This document shows positions 10,327 to 20,663 of a stretch of DNA of 64,000 nt, one piece after another. This DNA comes from Polaromonas sp. GTDB taxonomy: Bacteria > Pseudomonadota > Gammaproteobacteria > Burkholderiales > Burkholderiaceae_C. Under the pieces are notes generated by a model. That model was not told the origin of the DNA. It ran no database searches and saw only the letters and a list, made by a program, of their open reading frames with translations. Made by a program: the position numbers and the translations under genes. The stretch's first letter is position 1; each line of letters starts with the position of its first letter. The stretch covers positions 29,283 to 93,282 of the forward strand of contig JAYVTG010000097.1 of NCBI GenBank assembly GCA_043774625.1. The letters run 5' to 3'.

Positions 10327-12687
10327 ATGACTTATTCCCTCGATACCCTCCGCACACCTGCCCGATCATCCGCGCGCACCGCCCAGCCAGCCGCTGGTCT
10401 GCGCCGCTTTGCGCAAGAATTTGCCCTGCTGGTAGGTGCACTGGCCTTGGTCTTTTGGCTCTTGGCCATGTTCAGCTATTCGCCTAGTGATGCAGCCTGG
10501 TCCACATCAGGCGCAAGTTCGGGCAACGCAGTGCGCAACTGGGCTGGCCGCTTGGGTGCTTGGGTGGCAGACGCGAGTTACTACTTGCTCGGATTTTCTG
10601 TCTGGTGGTGTGGCCTGGCCGGTGGGCGCGCCTGGTTATCGTCACTGGCACGCTGGCTGCGTGGTGGTGTAGACCACCCGGTGCATGAAGAAGATGTATC
10701 TGCTACACATTTAATAGCTACCCGCGCAGTGTTCTGGCTGGGATTAGCACTTTTACTCATCGCAAGCTGCACATTGGAATGGACCCGCGTGTACCGCATG
10801 GAAGCGCGCCTGCCTGGCCACGGCGGTGGTGTGCTGGGTTATCTGGCGGGGCCGTTTGCCCTGCGCTGGCTGGGCTTTACAGGCTCAGGTTTGGTAGCCA
10901 TTGCCATGGGCGTGATGGGCGCGGCCTGGGTGTTTCGCTTTTCTTGGACGCACTGGGCAGAAGGCATCGGTGGCTGGATCATGTCCAAAATCGAAGCACG
11001 ACGCGACAAGCGTGAAGCCGCGCAAGATATTGCCTTTGGCACCCAAGCCGCCCGTGAGCGTGACGAAGTGGTGCAAGTAGAGCGCGTAGAGATTGAAGAA
11101 CACCACCCAGGCCCGGTAATGATTGAGCCGACCCTGGTAGCCGTGCCCCAAAGCGCCCGCGTGGCCAAGGAGCGGCAAAAACCTTTGTTCAGCGACATGC
11201 TGGATAGCAAACTGCCCCAGGTCGATTTGCTGGACGGCGCGCAACTGCGCCAGGAAACCGTTGCGCCCGAAACGCTGGAAATGACCAGCCGCATGATCGA
11301 GAAAAAGCTCAAAGACTTTGGCGTGGACGTGCGTGTGGTGCTGGCCCAGCCTGGGCCGGTCATTACGCGCTATGAGATTGAACCTGCCACAGGCGTGAAG
11401 GGCTCGCAGATTGTCGGCCTGGCCAAAGACCTGGCACGTTCGCTGTCCTTGGTGTCCATTCGCGTGGTAGAGACGATTCCCGGCAAAAACTATATGGCGC
11501 TGGAATTGCCTAACGCGAAACGGCAAAGCATCAAGCTCTCCGAGATTTTGGGTTCGCAGGTGTACAACGACGGCAAGTCGCTGCTGACCATGGGGCTGGG
11601 CAAAGACATCATTGGCAACCCCGTGGTGGCCGACCTGGCCAAAATGCCCCACGTGTTGGTGGCGGGTACGACGGGATCGGGCAAGTCGGTGGGTATCAAC
11701 GCCATGATTTTGAGCCTGCTGTACAAAGCCGAAGCGCGTGACGTGCGCATGCTGATGATCGACCCCAAGATGCTGGAAATGAGTGTGTACGAGGGCATTC
11801 CGCACCTGCTGGCCCCTGTGGTGACCGACATGCGCCAGGCCGCGCATGGCCTGAACTGGTGCGTGGGCGAGATGGAGCGGCGCTATAAATTGATGAGCAA
11901 AATGGGCGTGCGCAACCTGGCGGGCTACAACGTGAAGATTGACGACGCCACGGCGCGCGAAGCATTCATTTACAACCCGTTTAGTTTGACCCCCGACAGC
12001 CCCGAGCCGCTGGAGCGCCTACCGCACATCGTCGTCGTCATCGACGAACTGGCTGACCTGATGATGGTCGTGGGCAAGAAGATTGAAGAACTGATTGCAC
12101 GCCTGGCACAAAAAGCGCGGGCAGCGGGCATCCATTTGATTTTGGCCACCCAGCGCCCCAGTGTGGACGTGATTACCGGCCTGATAAAAGCTAATATTCC
12201 CACACGCATCGCGTTTCAGGTCAGCAGCAAGATCGACAGCCGCACTATCCTGGACCAAATGGGTGCAGAAGCCTTGCTGGGCATGGGCGACATGCTCTAC
12301 ATGCCCAGCGGCACGGGCCTGCCCATTCGCGTGCACGGCGCGTTTGTGAGCGACGAAGAAGTGCACCGCGTGGTCGCTTACCTGAAAGAACAGGGAGGCG
12401 AACCTAATTACATCGAAGGCCTGCTGGAAGGCGGAACTGTGGACGGCGAAGAAGGTCTGAACCTGGATGGCGAAAACCCCAGCGGAGAAAAAGACCCTAT
12501 GTATGACCGGGCCGTAGACATTGTTTTGAAAAACCAGAAAGCCAGCATCTCTTTGGTGCAGCGCCACCTGAGCATTGGCTATAACAAAGCCGCCAACTTG
12601 CTGGAAGCGATGGAAAAAGTAGGCTTGGTCACCGCCATGAACGGACGCGGACAGCGCGAGATTTTGGTGCCCGGCGGGCGGGAGTAA
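10327..12687 (+). CDS. ftsK: DNA translocase FtsK
   Basis: N-terminal TM segments, a linker, a motor domain with Walker A GTTGSGKS, and a C-terminal gamma domain ([21 protein letters not shown]). Confidence 0.96.
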   Translation: MTYSLDTLRTPARSSARTAQPAAGLRRFAQEFALLVGALALVFWLLAMFSYSPSDAAWSTSGASSGNAVRNWAGRLGAWVADASYYLLGFSVWWCGLAGGRAWLSSLARWLRGGVDHPVHEEDVSATHLIATRAVFWLGLALLLIASCTLEWTRVYRMEARLPGHGGGVLGYLAGPFALRWLGFTGSGLVAIAMGVMGAAWVFRFSWTHWAEGIGGWIMSKIEARRDKREAAQDIAFGTQAARERDEVVQVERVEIEEHHPGPVMIEPTLVAVPQSARVAKERQKPLFSDMLDSKLPQVDLLDGAQLRQETVAPETLEMTSRMIEKKLKDFGVDVRVVLAQPGPVITRYEIEPATGVKGSQIVGLAKDLARSLSLVSIRVVETIPGKNYMALELPNAKRQSIKLSEILGSQVYNDGKSLLTMGLGKDIIGNPVVADLAKMPHVLVAGTTGSGKSVGINAMILSLLYKAEARDVRMLMIDPKMLEMSVYEGIPHLLAPVVTDMRQAAHGLNWCVGEMERRYKLMSKMGVRNLAGYNVKIDDATAREAFIYNPFSLTPDSPEPLERLPHIVVVIDELADLMMVVGKKIEELIARLAQKARAAGIHLILATQRPSVDVITGLIKANIPTRIAFQVSSKIDSRTILDQMGAEALLGMGDMLYMPSGTGLPIRVHGAFVSDEEVHRVVAYLKEQGGEPNYIEGLLEGGTVDGEEGLNLDGENPSGEKDPMYDRAVDIVLKNQKASISLVQRHLSIGYNKAANLLEAMEKVGLVTAMNGRGQREILVPGGRE

Positions 12688-12690
12688 ACT

Positions 12691-13335
12691 ATGAAGTTGA
12701 AATTGATTGCTACGTTTTTAGTAGCTGCCTGCGCAATACCGGTGCTGGCAAACAGCCTAAATACGCTTGAAAACTTCCTCAAAACAACCAAAACGGGTCG
12801 CGCTGAATTTACCCAAACGGTCACCTCGGCTGCGCGAGAAGGTCAAACTGCCAAGGTCAAAAAAAGCAGTGGCGTGTTTGAGTTTGAACGCCCCAGTCGC
12901 TTCAAGTTTTTGTACAAAAAACCGTTTGAACAAAGCTTGGTGGCAGACGGTCAAACCTTGTGGATTCATGATGTGGACTTGAACCAGGTCACATCCAGCA
13001 AGCAAGCCAGCGTATTGTCGTCCACCCCCGCAGCACTAATTGCATCAGCGCCCGACTTGAAAACTTTGCAACAAAGCTTCAGCCTGCAAGCCGAACCTGA
13101 CAAGGACGGCCAGGCCTGGGTGCTGGCTATACCCAAAACCAAAGACGGCACCCTGCAAAGTATTCGCGTAGGCTTCAAAATGCCCAGCGGTGAACTGGTG
13201 GCCTTGGACATTTTGGACAACTTTGGCCAACGCTCTTTGATGCAGTTTCAAAAATTGGAACTCAACCCCGCGCTGGCCGCCGACAGCTTCAACTTCAAGC
13301 CACCAGCGGGTGTGGATGTGATCAAGCAGCCGTAG
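12691..13335 (+). CDS. lolA: Outer-membrane lipoprotein carrier LolA
   Basis: Signal peptide, LolA-like sequence (F.Q....s......G.f...RP.kFr) and the conserved position after ftsK. Confidence 0.9.
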   Translation: MKLKLIATFLVAACAIPVLANSLNTLENFLKTTKTGRAEFTQTVTSAAREGQTAKVKKSSGVFEFERPSRFKFLYKKPFEQSLVADGQTLWIHDVDLNQVTSSKQASVLSSTPAALIASAPDLKTLQQSFSLQAEPDKDGQAWVLAIPKTKDGTLQSIRVGFKMPSGELVALDILDNFGQRSLMQFQKLELNPALAADSFNFKPPAGVDVIKQP

Positions 13336-13340
13336 TCGTA

Positions 13341-13805
13341 CTAAATGAACGGTGTCTCCGTGATATACCGCGAAAATAAATCAGCGGCCTCCTGCGCATC
13401 CACGCGCTGCATTTCGGTTTGCAATTGCAAGCCTTCCAGCTTGGCATCGCATAACTGCGCTTGCATCAACTTGGTTGACACGTTGTGGGATTTGGCCAGG
13501 TTGGTGGCCAAGGTAGCAGCTATGGAGCACAGCATGGCACCAAAACACAGTAGCTGCCAGATGGGTTGACTAAGCCCAAACGAATCAGAAACCCACGTGG
13601 AGAAAGACTTGCCTCCCAGCGCGGGTCCAGCAGTCAGGGCGGCTGACAGTACGCTACCGACAATGGCGATATTGGTAAAACGGTTGCTGCGCTTGTCGTA
13701 ATTGTAGATAAAAGTTTTCAGTTCGCTGCGCTTGGCCTTGATTTTGTCCAATAGCGTGGTGCGCAAACCCGTTTGATTTTTTACTGTCATGAAGCCCCCT
13801 GTCAT
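13341..13805 (-). CDS. Hypothetical 2-TM membrane protein (possibly SLATT-like, unverified)
   Basis: 154 aa with two hydrophobic helices (IAIVGSVLSAALTAG; IWQLLCFGAMLCSIAATLATNL) flanked by charged helices. I recognised no family with certainty. Confidence 0.6.
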   Translation of the reverse strand: MTGGFMTVKNQTGLRTTLLDKIKAKRSELKTFIYNYDKRSNRFTNIAIVGSVLSAALTAGPALGGKSFSTWVSDSFGLSQPIWQLLCFGAMLCSIAATLATNLAKSHNVSTKLMQAQLCDAKLEGLQLQTEMQRVDAQEAADLFSRYITETPFI

Positions 13806-13976
13806 GCTGGGTAGAAAGTCTTTTACCTGGCACCGTGCTAGTGAATACCTTCATCTGCATGCCACACAGTTTTTTAACACTGCCCGGGCATAGCGCGCTG
13901 GAGAATGTCTACTTTTGTAAGAGATTTAAGTAACCAGACGTGTCTAACCAAGACGTGAATGCACGGGCCTATCTTG

Positions 13977-15332
13977 CTAGCCTTTGGCTAACCAGCGCTG
14001 CAACTGCACGTACACCGCTGCACTACTCAGCAAATCGAAATGGTCAGTCCCATAGACGATGTACTGGCGCTTTGCAGGAATGGGCAAAGCCTGCGCTGCC
14101 TCTTCATGCTGGCCCAGTGCACTGCGCACAGGCACCAAGCCGTCGCCGGGCAAGGGTTTGGTTGACCCGCCTTGCAGGCTGGCTTTTGCTGCGGTCTGGG
14201 CCATTGCAGGTTGGGCCTTTTTGGTGGCTGCCACCACATAACACTTCACCCCTTTGGGCAATGGCACCACGCTGCCCCGGTCGTGCGCGCGCACAGCGGC
14301 GCGGCCTTGCCAGTCAGCGTCCAGCAGATTGCCATGGCGCAGGTCTTTGATGCCTGCGCTGCGCACCAAACCCAGTTTGGCAAACGGCGCGGTGTAGGGG
14401 CTGATGCCCAGCAGATAGTCCACCCAGCTGCCGGCACGCTCCAGCGGCGCGCCGTGGTGGGGGGTACCCAGGCAGATGAGTTTGGTAAGCTGCTTGAGCC
14501 ATGTGTGGCCCTGCACGCGCGCCACCTCGCACGCGCTGCGCGACACCAGGCCGCCCATGCTGTGCCCGATGATGACCAGCTCGGTAATGGGCACAGGCCA
14601 GGCATGCACAAGGTTTTGCAATGTATCGGCAAACTCGCGTCCATTTTCGGAGATATGCCTGCCTGAGTTGTAGTTCAGATACACGGGCGTGTAGCCCAGG
14701 TCTTGCGCGAGCGATGCGCCATGGTCGTGGCCCACGCCGTCTTTTACATGGTTCCATTGCAGGTCGTTCATACACAGGCCGTGCACCAGTACCAATACTT
14801 TGCCGGTAGGCTGCATGAGTTGTGTTTTCAACGCGGCTTTGTTTAGCGTCAAAGCCACGCCCTGCTGGCGCAGTTGCATGCGAATGGCCAGCGGGTTGCC
14901 AGTCGCTGCCATCGTGTCGCCCAGCACGCCATTGGCGGCGGCCAGCACCGTTTCGCGGTACGGCTGCGCACTTTTCAAATTGAGCTTGGCGGCCAAAGGC
15001 TTAAGAGTGCGGCTGACCACCAGCGCCACGGCGGGCACGTCGCCCAAGCCCAGCCCTTTGTCCAGCCCCCAGCCCACTAGATTCGTCACCCCACGCACGC
15101 TGCGATACGCCAGGCCCGTGATGCCCTTGGTACGGCCAGCGGGCCGCGCGCCCACGATGGGCGACACGCTGGCAATGTTGCGGTGCATGTCCTCCACCAA
15201 ATCGGTAATGCCCTTGACCGCTGCAATCACCAGCGCACTGGTGCCGCGCAGGTTTGACGCAGTAGAGTTTGGATCGGTTTGGCTAGACTTATGCATGCCT
15301 GAGCATACAGGGCTTATGGTTTTGCTGCGCAT
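13977..15332 (-). CDS. Alpha/beta-hydrolase (lipase/esterase-like) protein with extended N-terminal region
   Basis: Nucleophile elbow GHSMGG, with VLVHGL upstream. At 451 aa it has about 190 aa of N-terminal non-catalytic sequence. Confidence 0.8.
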   Translation of the reverse strand: MRSKTISPVCSGMHKSSQTDPNSTASNLRGTSALVIAAVKGITDLVEDMHRNIASVSPIVGARPAGRTKGITGLAYRSVRGVTNLVGWGLDKGLGLGDVPAVALVVSRTLKPLAAKLNLKSAQPYRETVLAAANGVLGDTMAATGNPLAIRMQLRQQGVALTLNKAALKTQLMQPTGKVLVLVHGLCMNDLQWNHVKDGVGHDHGASLAQDLGYTPVYLNYNSGRHISENGREFADTLQNLVHAWPVPITELVIIGHSMGGLVSRSACEVARVQGHTWLKQLTKLICLGTPHHGAPLERAGSWVDYLLGISPYTAPFAKLGLVRSAGIKDLRHGNLLDADWQGRAAVRAHDRGSVVPLPKGVKCYVVAATKKAQPAMAQTAAKASLQGGSTKPLPGDGLVPVRSALGQHEEAAQALPIPAKRQYIVYGTDHFDLLSSAAVYVQLQRWLAKG

Positions 15333-15381
15333 TCCATTTGCAAAGAACGAAGGTCTGCGTTGATTAGAGCAGATTCAAATT

Positions 15382-15440
15382 GCTATATATTTAGTAGCTG
15401 CTCGCGCATATTCTACGCTGGCAATCGGCACTTTTCCCCA
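15382..15440 (-). repeat. REP-like repeat, copy 2 (reverse orientation, with 3' extension)
   Basis: GCTATATATTTAGTAGCTGCTCGCGCATATTCTACGCTGGCAATCGGCACTTTTCCCC. Confidence 0.9.
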
Positions 15441-15647
15441 ACAATATTGTTTCAAACCCATGCAAAAGCCATCCACAGTTAATCTTCCGCCCAAAGCAAA
15501 CAAGCCAAGCCTGCAAGATCAGGTCAGTGGGTTGCTTTGCGTAGCGAAATTAAGAAGGAGGCCTCGAGGCCGGATGACATTCGCGTAGCAAAGCAGCACA
15601 CTGGCATGATCACGTACAAAACCCAGCGTGGACGATTGCAAACCTAC

Positions 15648-16100
15648 TCATTTGGCCAAAGCCGCCTCCGCCAACCCCGCCAAGGCTTTAGTCAGCCCGC
15701 CTACAGCCGCGCAATCTCCCGCCGCATGCCGCTTGCCCAGGTAAGCAGGGTCGTTGTAGCCCAGCCAAACCTGGCCCTGCGGGTCTTCCCACACCAAGGC
15801 TTTGAGCGGCAGGTCGATACCCGCAGACTGGGCGCATTCCATCAGCGGGGTGCCGCCTTGCGGGTTGCCAAAAATCAGCACTTCGGTGGGGCGCAGGGTT
15901 TTGCCCACTTTGGCTGCGCCAGCAGCATGGTCAATACGTGCAAAAATGTTCAGGCCGCGCTGCTTGGCCATGTCTTCAAAGCGGTTCATCGTGTCTTTGG
16001 CGCTGTAGCTGCTTTTCAGGGCAATCAGGCCATCGGCTGCAAAGGCAGGCGCTGCAGCAAGAAGAAAGAAAGCAAAAATGAGTTTGAACGGTGTTTTCAA
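15648..16100 (-). CDS. DUF302-domain protein, secreted
   Basis: Signal peptide MKTPFKLIFAFFLLAAAPAFA and a DUF302-like core (LIFGNP..GTPLM......GIDLPLK.LVWED). Confidence 0.8.
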   Translation of the reverse strand: MKTPFKLIFAFFLLAAAPAFAADGLIALKSSYSAKDTMNRFEDMAKQRGLNIFARIDHAAGAAKVGKTLRPTEVLIFGNPQGGTPLMECAQSAGIDLPLKALVWEDPQGQVWLGYNDPAYLGKRHAAGDCAAVGGLTKALAGLAEAALAK

Positions 16101-16287
16101 AGTGATCTCCTTGCAGGGTTGGCCCCGTGATGAGGCGCTGTAGTGAATTAGATAGTCTTGCCGATAAACAAAAATTAGTCCAACGCCAACAAGCTTTCTT
16201 ACACTGGTGCGCCTGGTGTATGCAAAAGCCGCGCTATCCAGACAATAATCTGTGCCATAGCCTCAACCCGCGACATTGCATCCACCC

Positions 16288-17589
16288 ATGCCATCCACCC
16301 CCAGCCCCCACACCCCACTAGCTGAACGTCTGCGCCCGCAAACACTGGGCGGGGTGATTGGTCAGCAGCAGTTGCTGGGCGCTGGCATGCCGCTGCGCGT
16401 GGCGTTTGAGTCGGGTGTGCCGCACAGTTGCATTTTGTGGGGGCCACCGGGTGTTGGCAAAACCACCATTGCGCGGCTGATGGCCAACGCTTTCGATGCG
16501 CATTTCATCAGCATCAGCGCTACGCTGGGTGGGGTCAAAGACATTCGCGAGGCCGTGGAGCAGGCGCTGGTGTGGCAGGCGCAAGGCAAGCGCACCATCA
16601 TGTTTGTGGACGAGGTACACCGCTTCAACAAAAGCCAGCAAGACGCGTTTTTGCCGCATGTGGAAAGCGGGCTGTTTACCTTTATTGGTGCGACCACCGA
16701 GAACCCGAGCTTTGAGGTAAATTCTGCCCTGCTCTCGCGCGCAGCCGTGTATGTTTTGCAACCCCTATCGGCAGAAGATTTACAGCAAATAGTGCTCAAA
16801 GCCAGCGCAGAATATGCGCATGCGGCTACTAAAGGTATAGCAATTGAACAAAACGCTGCCGACCGCCTGGTAGCCTATGCAGATGGCGATGCACGCCGGT
16901 TGATCAACACTTTGGAGACTTTATTTGTCTCCGCAGAAAAGGAAAAGCTGGGCAACGTTACCGACGACTGGTTGCTGAAAGTTTTAGGTGAACGCATGCG
17001 CCGCTACGACAAGGGTGGTGAGCAGTTTTACGACACCATCAGCGCGCTGCACAAGTCCGTGCGTGGCTCAGACCCTGACGCATCGCTCTACTGGTTCATC
17101 CGCATGCTGGACGGCGGTGCAGACCCGCGTTACATGGCGCGCCGCCTGGTGCGCATGGCCTGTGAAGACATTGGCCTGGCCGACCCACGCGCCCTGCGCC
17201 TGGCGCTGGACGCCGCCGAAGTGTATGAACGCCTGGGCAGCCCCGAAGGCGAGCTGGCGCTGGCCGAATGCGTCATCTATCTGGCCATGGCACCCAAATC
17301 CAACGCCGTCTACACTGCGTTCAACGAAGCCAAGGCCCTTATCAAAAAAGACGGCACCCGCCCCGTGCCCATGCACCTGCGCAACGCACCCACCAAGCTG
17401 ATGAAAGAGTTGGATTACGGCAAAGGTTACCGCTACGCGCATAACGAAGCAGACGCTTTTGCAGCGGGCGAAACGTATTTGCCCGACGGCATGCAGGCCG
17501 AGTTTTATAGGCCCGTGGAGCGTGGCCTGGAGATCAAGATTGCTGATAAGTTGCGCGAACTGAAAGCACGCAATCATCACAAAAACTGA
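16288..17589 (+). CDS. rarA: Replication-associated recombination protein A (AAA+ ATPase)
   Basis: Walker A GPPGVGKTT, FVDEVHRFNK, and the MgsA C-terminal region (FYDTISALHKSVRGSDPDASLYW). It occupies the conserved position after lolA. Confidence 0.94.
   Translation: MPSTPSPHTPLAERLRPQTLGGVIGQQQLLGAGMPLRVAFESGVPHSCILWGPPGVGKTTIARLMANAFDAHFISISATLGGVKDIREAVEQALVWQAQGKRTIMFVDEVHRFNKSQQDAFLPHVESGLFTFIGATTENPSFEVNSALLSRAAVYVLQPLSAEDLQQIVLKASAEYAHAATKGIAIEQNAADRLVAYADGDARRLINTLETLFVSAEKEKLGNVTDDWLLKVLGERMRRYDKGGEQFYDTISALHKSVRGSDPDASLYWFIRMLDGGADPRYMARRLVRMACEDIGLADPRALRLALDAAEVYERLGSPEGELALAECVIYLAMAPKSNAVYTAFNEAKALIKKDGTRPVPMHLRNAPTKLMKELDYGKGYRYAHNEADAFAAGETYLPDGMQAEFYRPVERGLEIKIADKLRELKARNHHKN
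16802..16843 (+). repeat. REP-like repeat copy inside rarA coding sequence
   Basis: CCAGCGCAGAATATGCGCATGCGGCTACTAAAGGTATAGCAA, about 85% identical to the copy at 54122. It is translated in frame as ASAEYAHAATKGIAI. Confidence 0.85.
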
Positions 17590-17801
17590 TGTATTTCCAA
17601 AGCCTCTGATACAAGCTAAATCAACAGGGTAAACCCCTCCTTTCCCTCTGGGACAAGACGGCACAAAGAAGTCACCCTTCGATACAATCCGCGAACCAAC
17701 CCGCCGTTGCGACCAAAAGTCACAAATATGGCGGGTTTTTTGCTAGGATGACCTAGGAGTACAACGATGCGCCCAGGGCATCAGATTCGGAGAAAAAATT
17801 C

Positions 17802-18731
17802 ATGGAAATCTTTCTGCAACAGGTCATTAACGGCCTGGTTCTTGGCAGCATGTACGCGCTGGTCGCCTTGGGCTACACCATGGTGTACGGCATTATTAAC
17901 CTCATCAATTTTGCCCACGGCGAGGTGCTGATGGTCGGCGCTCTGACCAGCTGGACCAGCATCGGCGTTATGAAAGAGTCTATGCCGGGCACGCCGGGCT
18001 GGGTCATTTTGATCGTTGCGCTGCTGATTGCCTGCATCGTCTGCTCGGTGCTGAACTTCACGATTGAAAAAGTGGCCTATCGCCCGCTACGCAATTCGCC
18101 CAAGCTGGCCCCGCTGATTACCGCCATCGGCATGAGCATCCTGCTGCAAACCCTGGCCATGATCATCTGGAAGCCCAATTACAAGCCTTACCCATCTCTG
18201 CTGCCTACCGACCCCTACGAAGTGGGTGGTGCAGTCATCACGGTGACGCAGATTCTGATTCTGGGTTTTACCGCCCTGTCGCTGGCCGTGCTGATGTTTG
18301 TCGTCAACAAAACGCGCCTGGGCCGCGCCATGCGCGCCACCGCAGAAAACCCGCGCGTAGCAGGCCTGATGGGTGTCAAACCCGACGTGGTGATTTCTGC
18401 CACCTTCATTATTGGTGCTATTTTGGCTGCCATAGCTGGTGTGATGTGGGCCATGAACTACGGCACCGTGCAACACGCCATGGGTTTTTTACCTGGCCTC
18501 AAGGCCTTTACCGCTGCCGTGTTTGGCGGCATTGGCAATCTAGCGGGTGCCGTGGTGGGCGGCATTTTGCTGGGGCTGATTGAGTCGATAGGCGCGGGCT
18601 ATATCGGCGCGTTAACGGGAGGGGTTTTGGGCAGCCATTACACCGACATATTTGCTTTCATCGTGCTGATCATCATGCTGACCATCCGGCCATCGGGCCT
18701 GTTGGGTGAGCGTGTGGCTGACCGCGCATAA
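17802..18731 (+). CDS. livH: Branched-chain amino acid ABC transporter permease
   Basis: LivH-type polytopic permease and first gene of a livHMGF-like set. Confidence 0.9.
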   Translation: MEIFLQQVINGLVLGSMYALVALGYTMVYGIINLINFAHGEVLMVGALTSWTSIGVMKESMPGTPGWVILIVALLIACIVCSVLNFTIEKVAYRPLRNSPKLAPLITAIGMSILLQTLAMIIWKPNYKPYPSLLPTDPYEVGGAVITVTQILILGFTALSLAVLMFVVNKTRLGRAMRATAENPRVAGLMGVKPDVVISATFIIGAILAAIAGVMWAMNYGTVQHAMGFLPGLKAFTAAVFGGIGNLAGAVVGGILLGLIESIGAGYIGALTGGVLGSHYTDIFAFIVLIIMLTIRPSGLLGERVADRA

Positions 18732-18745
18732 AGAGGAGAACCCAC

Positions 18746-19876
18746 ATGCTAAAACTCTTTAACAACAACAAAACTATCGGCATTATCCTGTTGGCGCTGA
18801 TCGCCATTGTCTTGCCCCTGTTCGTACAGCAAGTCGGTAACGCCTGGGTGCGCATTTTGGACATGGCACTTTTATATGTGTTACTGGCCATGGGCCTGAA
18901 CATTGTGGTGGGCTACGCAGGTTTGCTGGACTTGGGCTATGTGGCGTTTTATGCGGTGGGAGCCTACATGTTTGGCCTGATGGCATCTCCGCATTTGACA
19001 GAGACTTTTCCGTGGATTGCCGCCTTGCTGCCCAACGGCCTGCACTCGCCGTTGTGGATCGTCATTCCAATGGCGGCGTTTTTAGCAGGGGCCCTGGGCG
19101 TGCTGCTAGGCGCGCCTACGCTCAAGCTGCGTGGCGACTATCTGGCCATCGTCACACTGGGCTTTGGTGAAATCATCCGCGTGTTCATGAACAACATGGA
19201 CCATCCCGTCAACATTACCAACGGGCCCAAGGGTTTGGGCCAGATTGATTCGATCAAGTTCTTTGGTCTGGATCTGGGCCGCCCGCTGGAGGTGTTTGGC
19301 TTCACCATCGCATCCGTCTCGCTGTACTACTACCTCTTTTTGGTGCTGTGCCTTTTCTCTATCCTGATTTGCTACCGCCTGGAAAAGTCGCGCATTGGCC
19401 GCGCCTGGATGGCCATTCGTGAAGACGAAATTGCTGCCAAGGCGATGGGTATCAACACCCGCAACCTGAAATTGCTGGCCTTTGGTATGGGCGCTACCTT
19501 TGGCGGGGTGAGCGGTGCCATGTTTGCATCGTTCCAGGGCTTTATTTCGCCAGAATCTTTCTCATTAATGGAATCAGTGATGATTGTGGCCATGGTGGTG
19601 CTGGGTGGCCTGGGCCACCTGCCGGGGGTAATTATTGGTGCGCTGCTGCTGTCTGCCTTGCCCGAGGTGCTGCGCTATGTGGCCGGGCCACTGCAAGACT
19701 TGTCCGGTGGCCGTCTGGACGCGTCGATCTTGCGCCAGCTCCTGATTGCCGTTGCCATGATCACCATCATGCTGATGAAACCGCGCGGCCTGTGGCCCAC
19801 GCCCGACCACGGCAAGTCGCTGGAACAAAGCGATGAAGCGTTGCGCGGCACGGCTGCAAAAGCAGGAGGCAAATAA
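18746..19876 (+). CDS. livM: Branched-chain amino acid ABC transporter permease
   Basis: LivM-type permease adjacent to livH. Confidence 0.9.
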   Translation: MLKLFNNNKTIGIILLALIAIVLPLFVQQVGNAWVRILDMALLYVLLAMGLNIVVGYAGLLDLGYVAFYAVGAYMFGLMASPHLTETFPWIAALLPNGLHSPLWIVIPMAAFLAGALGVLLGAPTLKLRGDYLAIVTLGFGEIIRVFMNNMDHPVNITNGPKGLGQIDSIKFFGLDLGRPLEVFGFTIASVSLYYYLFLVLCLFSILICYRLEKSRIGRAWMAIREDEIAAKAMGINTRNLKLLAFGMGATFGGVSGAMFASFQGFISPESFSLMESVMIVAMVVLGGLGHLPGVIIGALLLSALPEVLRYVAGPLQDLSGGRLDASILRQLLIAVAMITIMLMKPRGLWPTPDHGKSLEQSDEALRGTAAKAGGK

Positions 19877-19877
19877 C

Positions 19878-20645
19878 ATGGCTGATATTGTTCTCAACGT
19901 AGCCGGTGTTTCCAAACGCTTTGGCGGCCTGCAGGCTTTAAGCGATGTAGGTATCAAAATTGAACGCGGCCAGGTCTATGGCCTGATCGGCCCCAACGGT
20001 GCCGGTAAAACCACCTTCTTCAACGTGCTGACTGGCCTGTACACGCCAGACAGCGGCACGTTTGAGCTGGCAGGCAAGCCCTATACACCGTCTGCCGTGC
20101 ACGAAGTGGCCAAAGCGGGCATTGCGCGTACTTTTCAAAATATTCGTTTGTTTGCCGACATGACCGCTTTAGAAAACGTGATGGTAGGGCGGCACATTCG
20201 CACGGGCTCGGGCCTGTTGGGTGCGATTTTTCAAACACCCCATTTCAAGATGGAGGAAAAAGCCATTGCCCAACGTGCGCAGGAGTTGTTGGACTATGTG
20301 GGCATTGGCAAGTTTGCCGACTACAAAGCCCGCACACTGTCGTATGGTGACCAACGCCGCCTGGAGATTGCCCGCGCCTTGGCTACCGACCCCCAACTGA
20401 TTGCGCTGGACGAGCCCGCTGCAGGCATGAACGCCACAGAGAAAGTGCTGCTGCGCGAGCTGATTGACCGCATTCGCAAAGACAACCGCACCATCTTGCT
20501 GATTGAGCATGACGTGAAGCTGGTGATGGGCCTGTGTGACCGCGTGACGGTGCTGGACTACGGCAAGCAAATTGCCGAGGGTAAGCCAGCCGACGTGCAG
20601 AAAAACGAAAAAGTGATCGAAGCCTATCTGGGCTCAGACCACTAA
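19878..20645 (+). CDS. livG: Branched-chain amino acid ABC transporter ATP-binding protein
   Basis: Walker A GPNGAGKTT and signature LSYGDQRRLEIA. The ATG at 19878 follows AGGAGG. Confidence 0.92.
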   Translation: MADIVLNVAGVSKRFGGLQALSDVGIKIERGQVYGLIGPNGAGKTTFFNVLTGLYTPDSGTFELAGKPYTPSAVHEVAKAGIARTFQNIRLFADMTALENVMVGRHIRTGSGLLGAIFQTPHFKMEEKAIAQRAQELLDYVGIGKFADYKARTLSYGDQRRLEIARALATDPQLIALDEPAAGMNATEKVLLRELIDRIRKDNRTILLIEHDVKLVMGLCDRVTVLDYGKQIAEGKPADVQKNEKVIEAYLGSDH

Positions 20646-20663
20646 AGCGAGAAGGAAACCTAC

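Noticed and set aside
15531-15598. Imperfect palindrome downstream of the DUF302 gene (TGCTTTGCGTAGCGAA ... TTCGCGTAGCAAAGCA with a central GGCCTCGAGGCC).
   Set aside because: Only 13 of 16 arm positions pair and there is no T-run. It might be a weak terminator but is not distinctive enough to call.
17700-17745. Possible terminator after rarA (AACCCGCC...GGCGGGTTTTTT), and a TAGGAGTAC motif at about 17753 that resembles the H1/H3 23-mer.
   Set aside because: The stem encloses a 24-nt loop, so the terminator call is weak. The motif similarity covers only about 9 nt and is probably just the livH ribosome-binding region.
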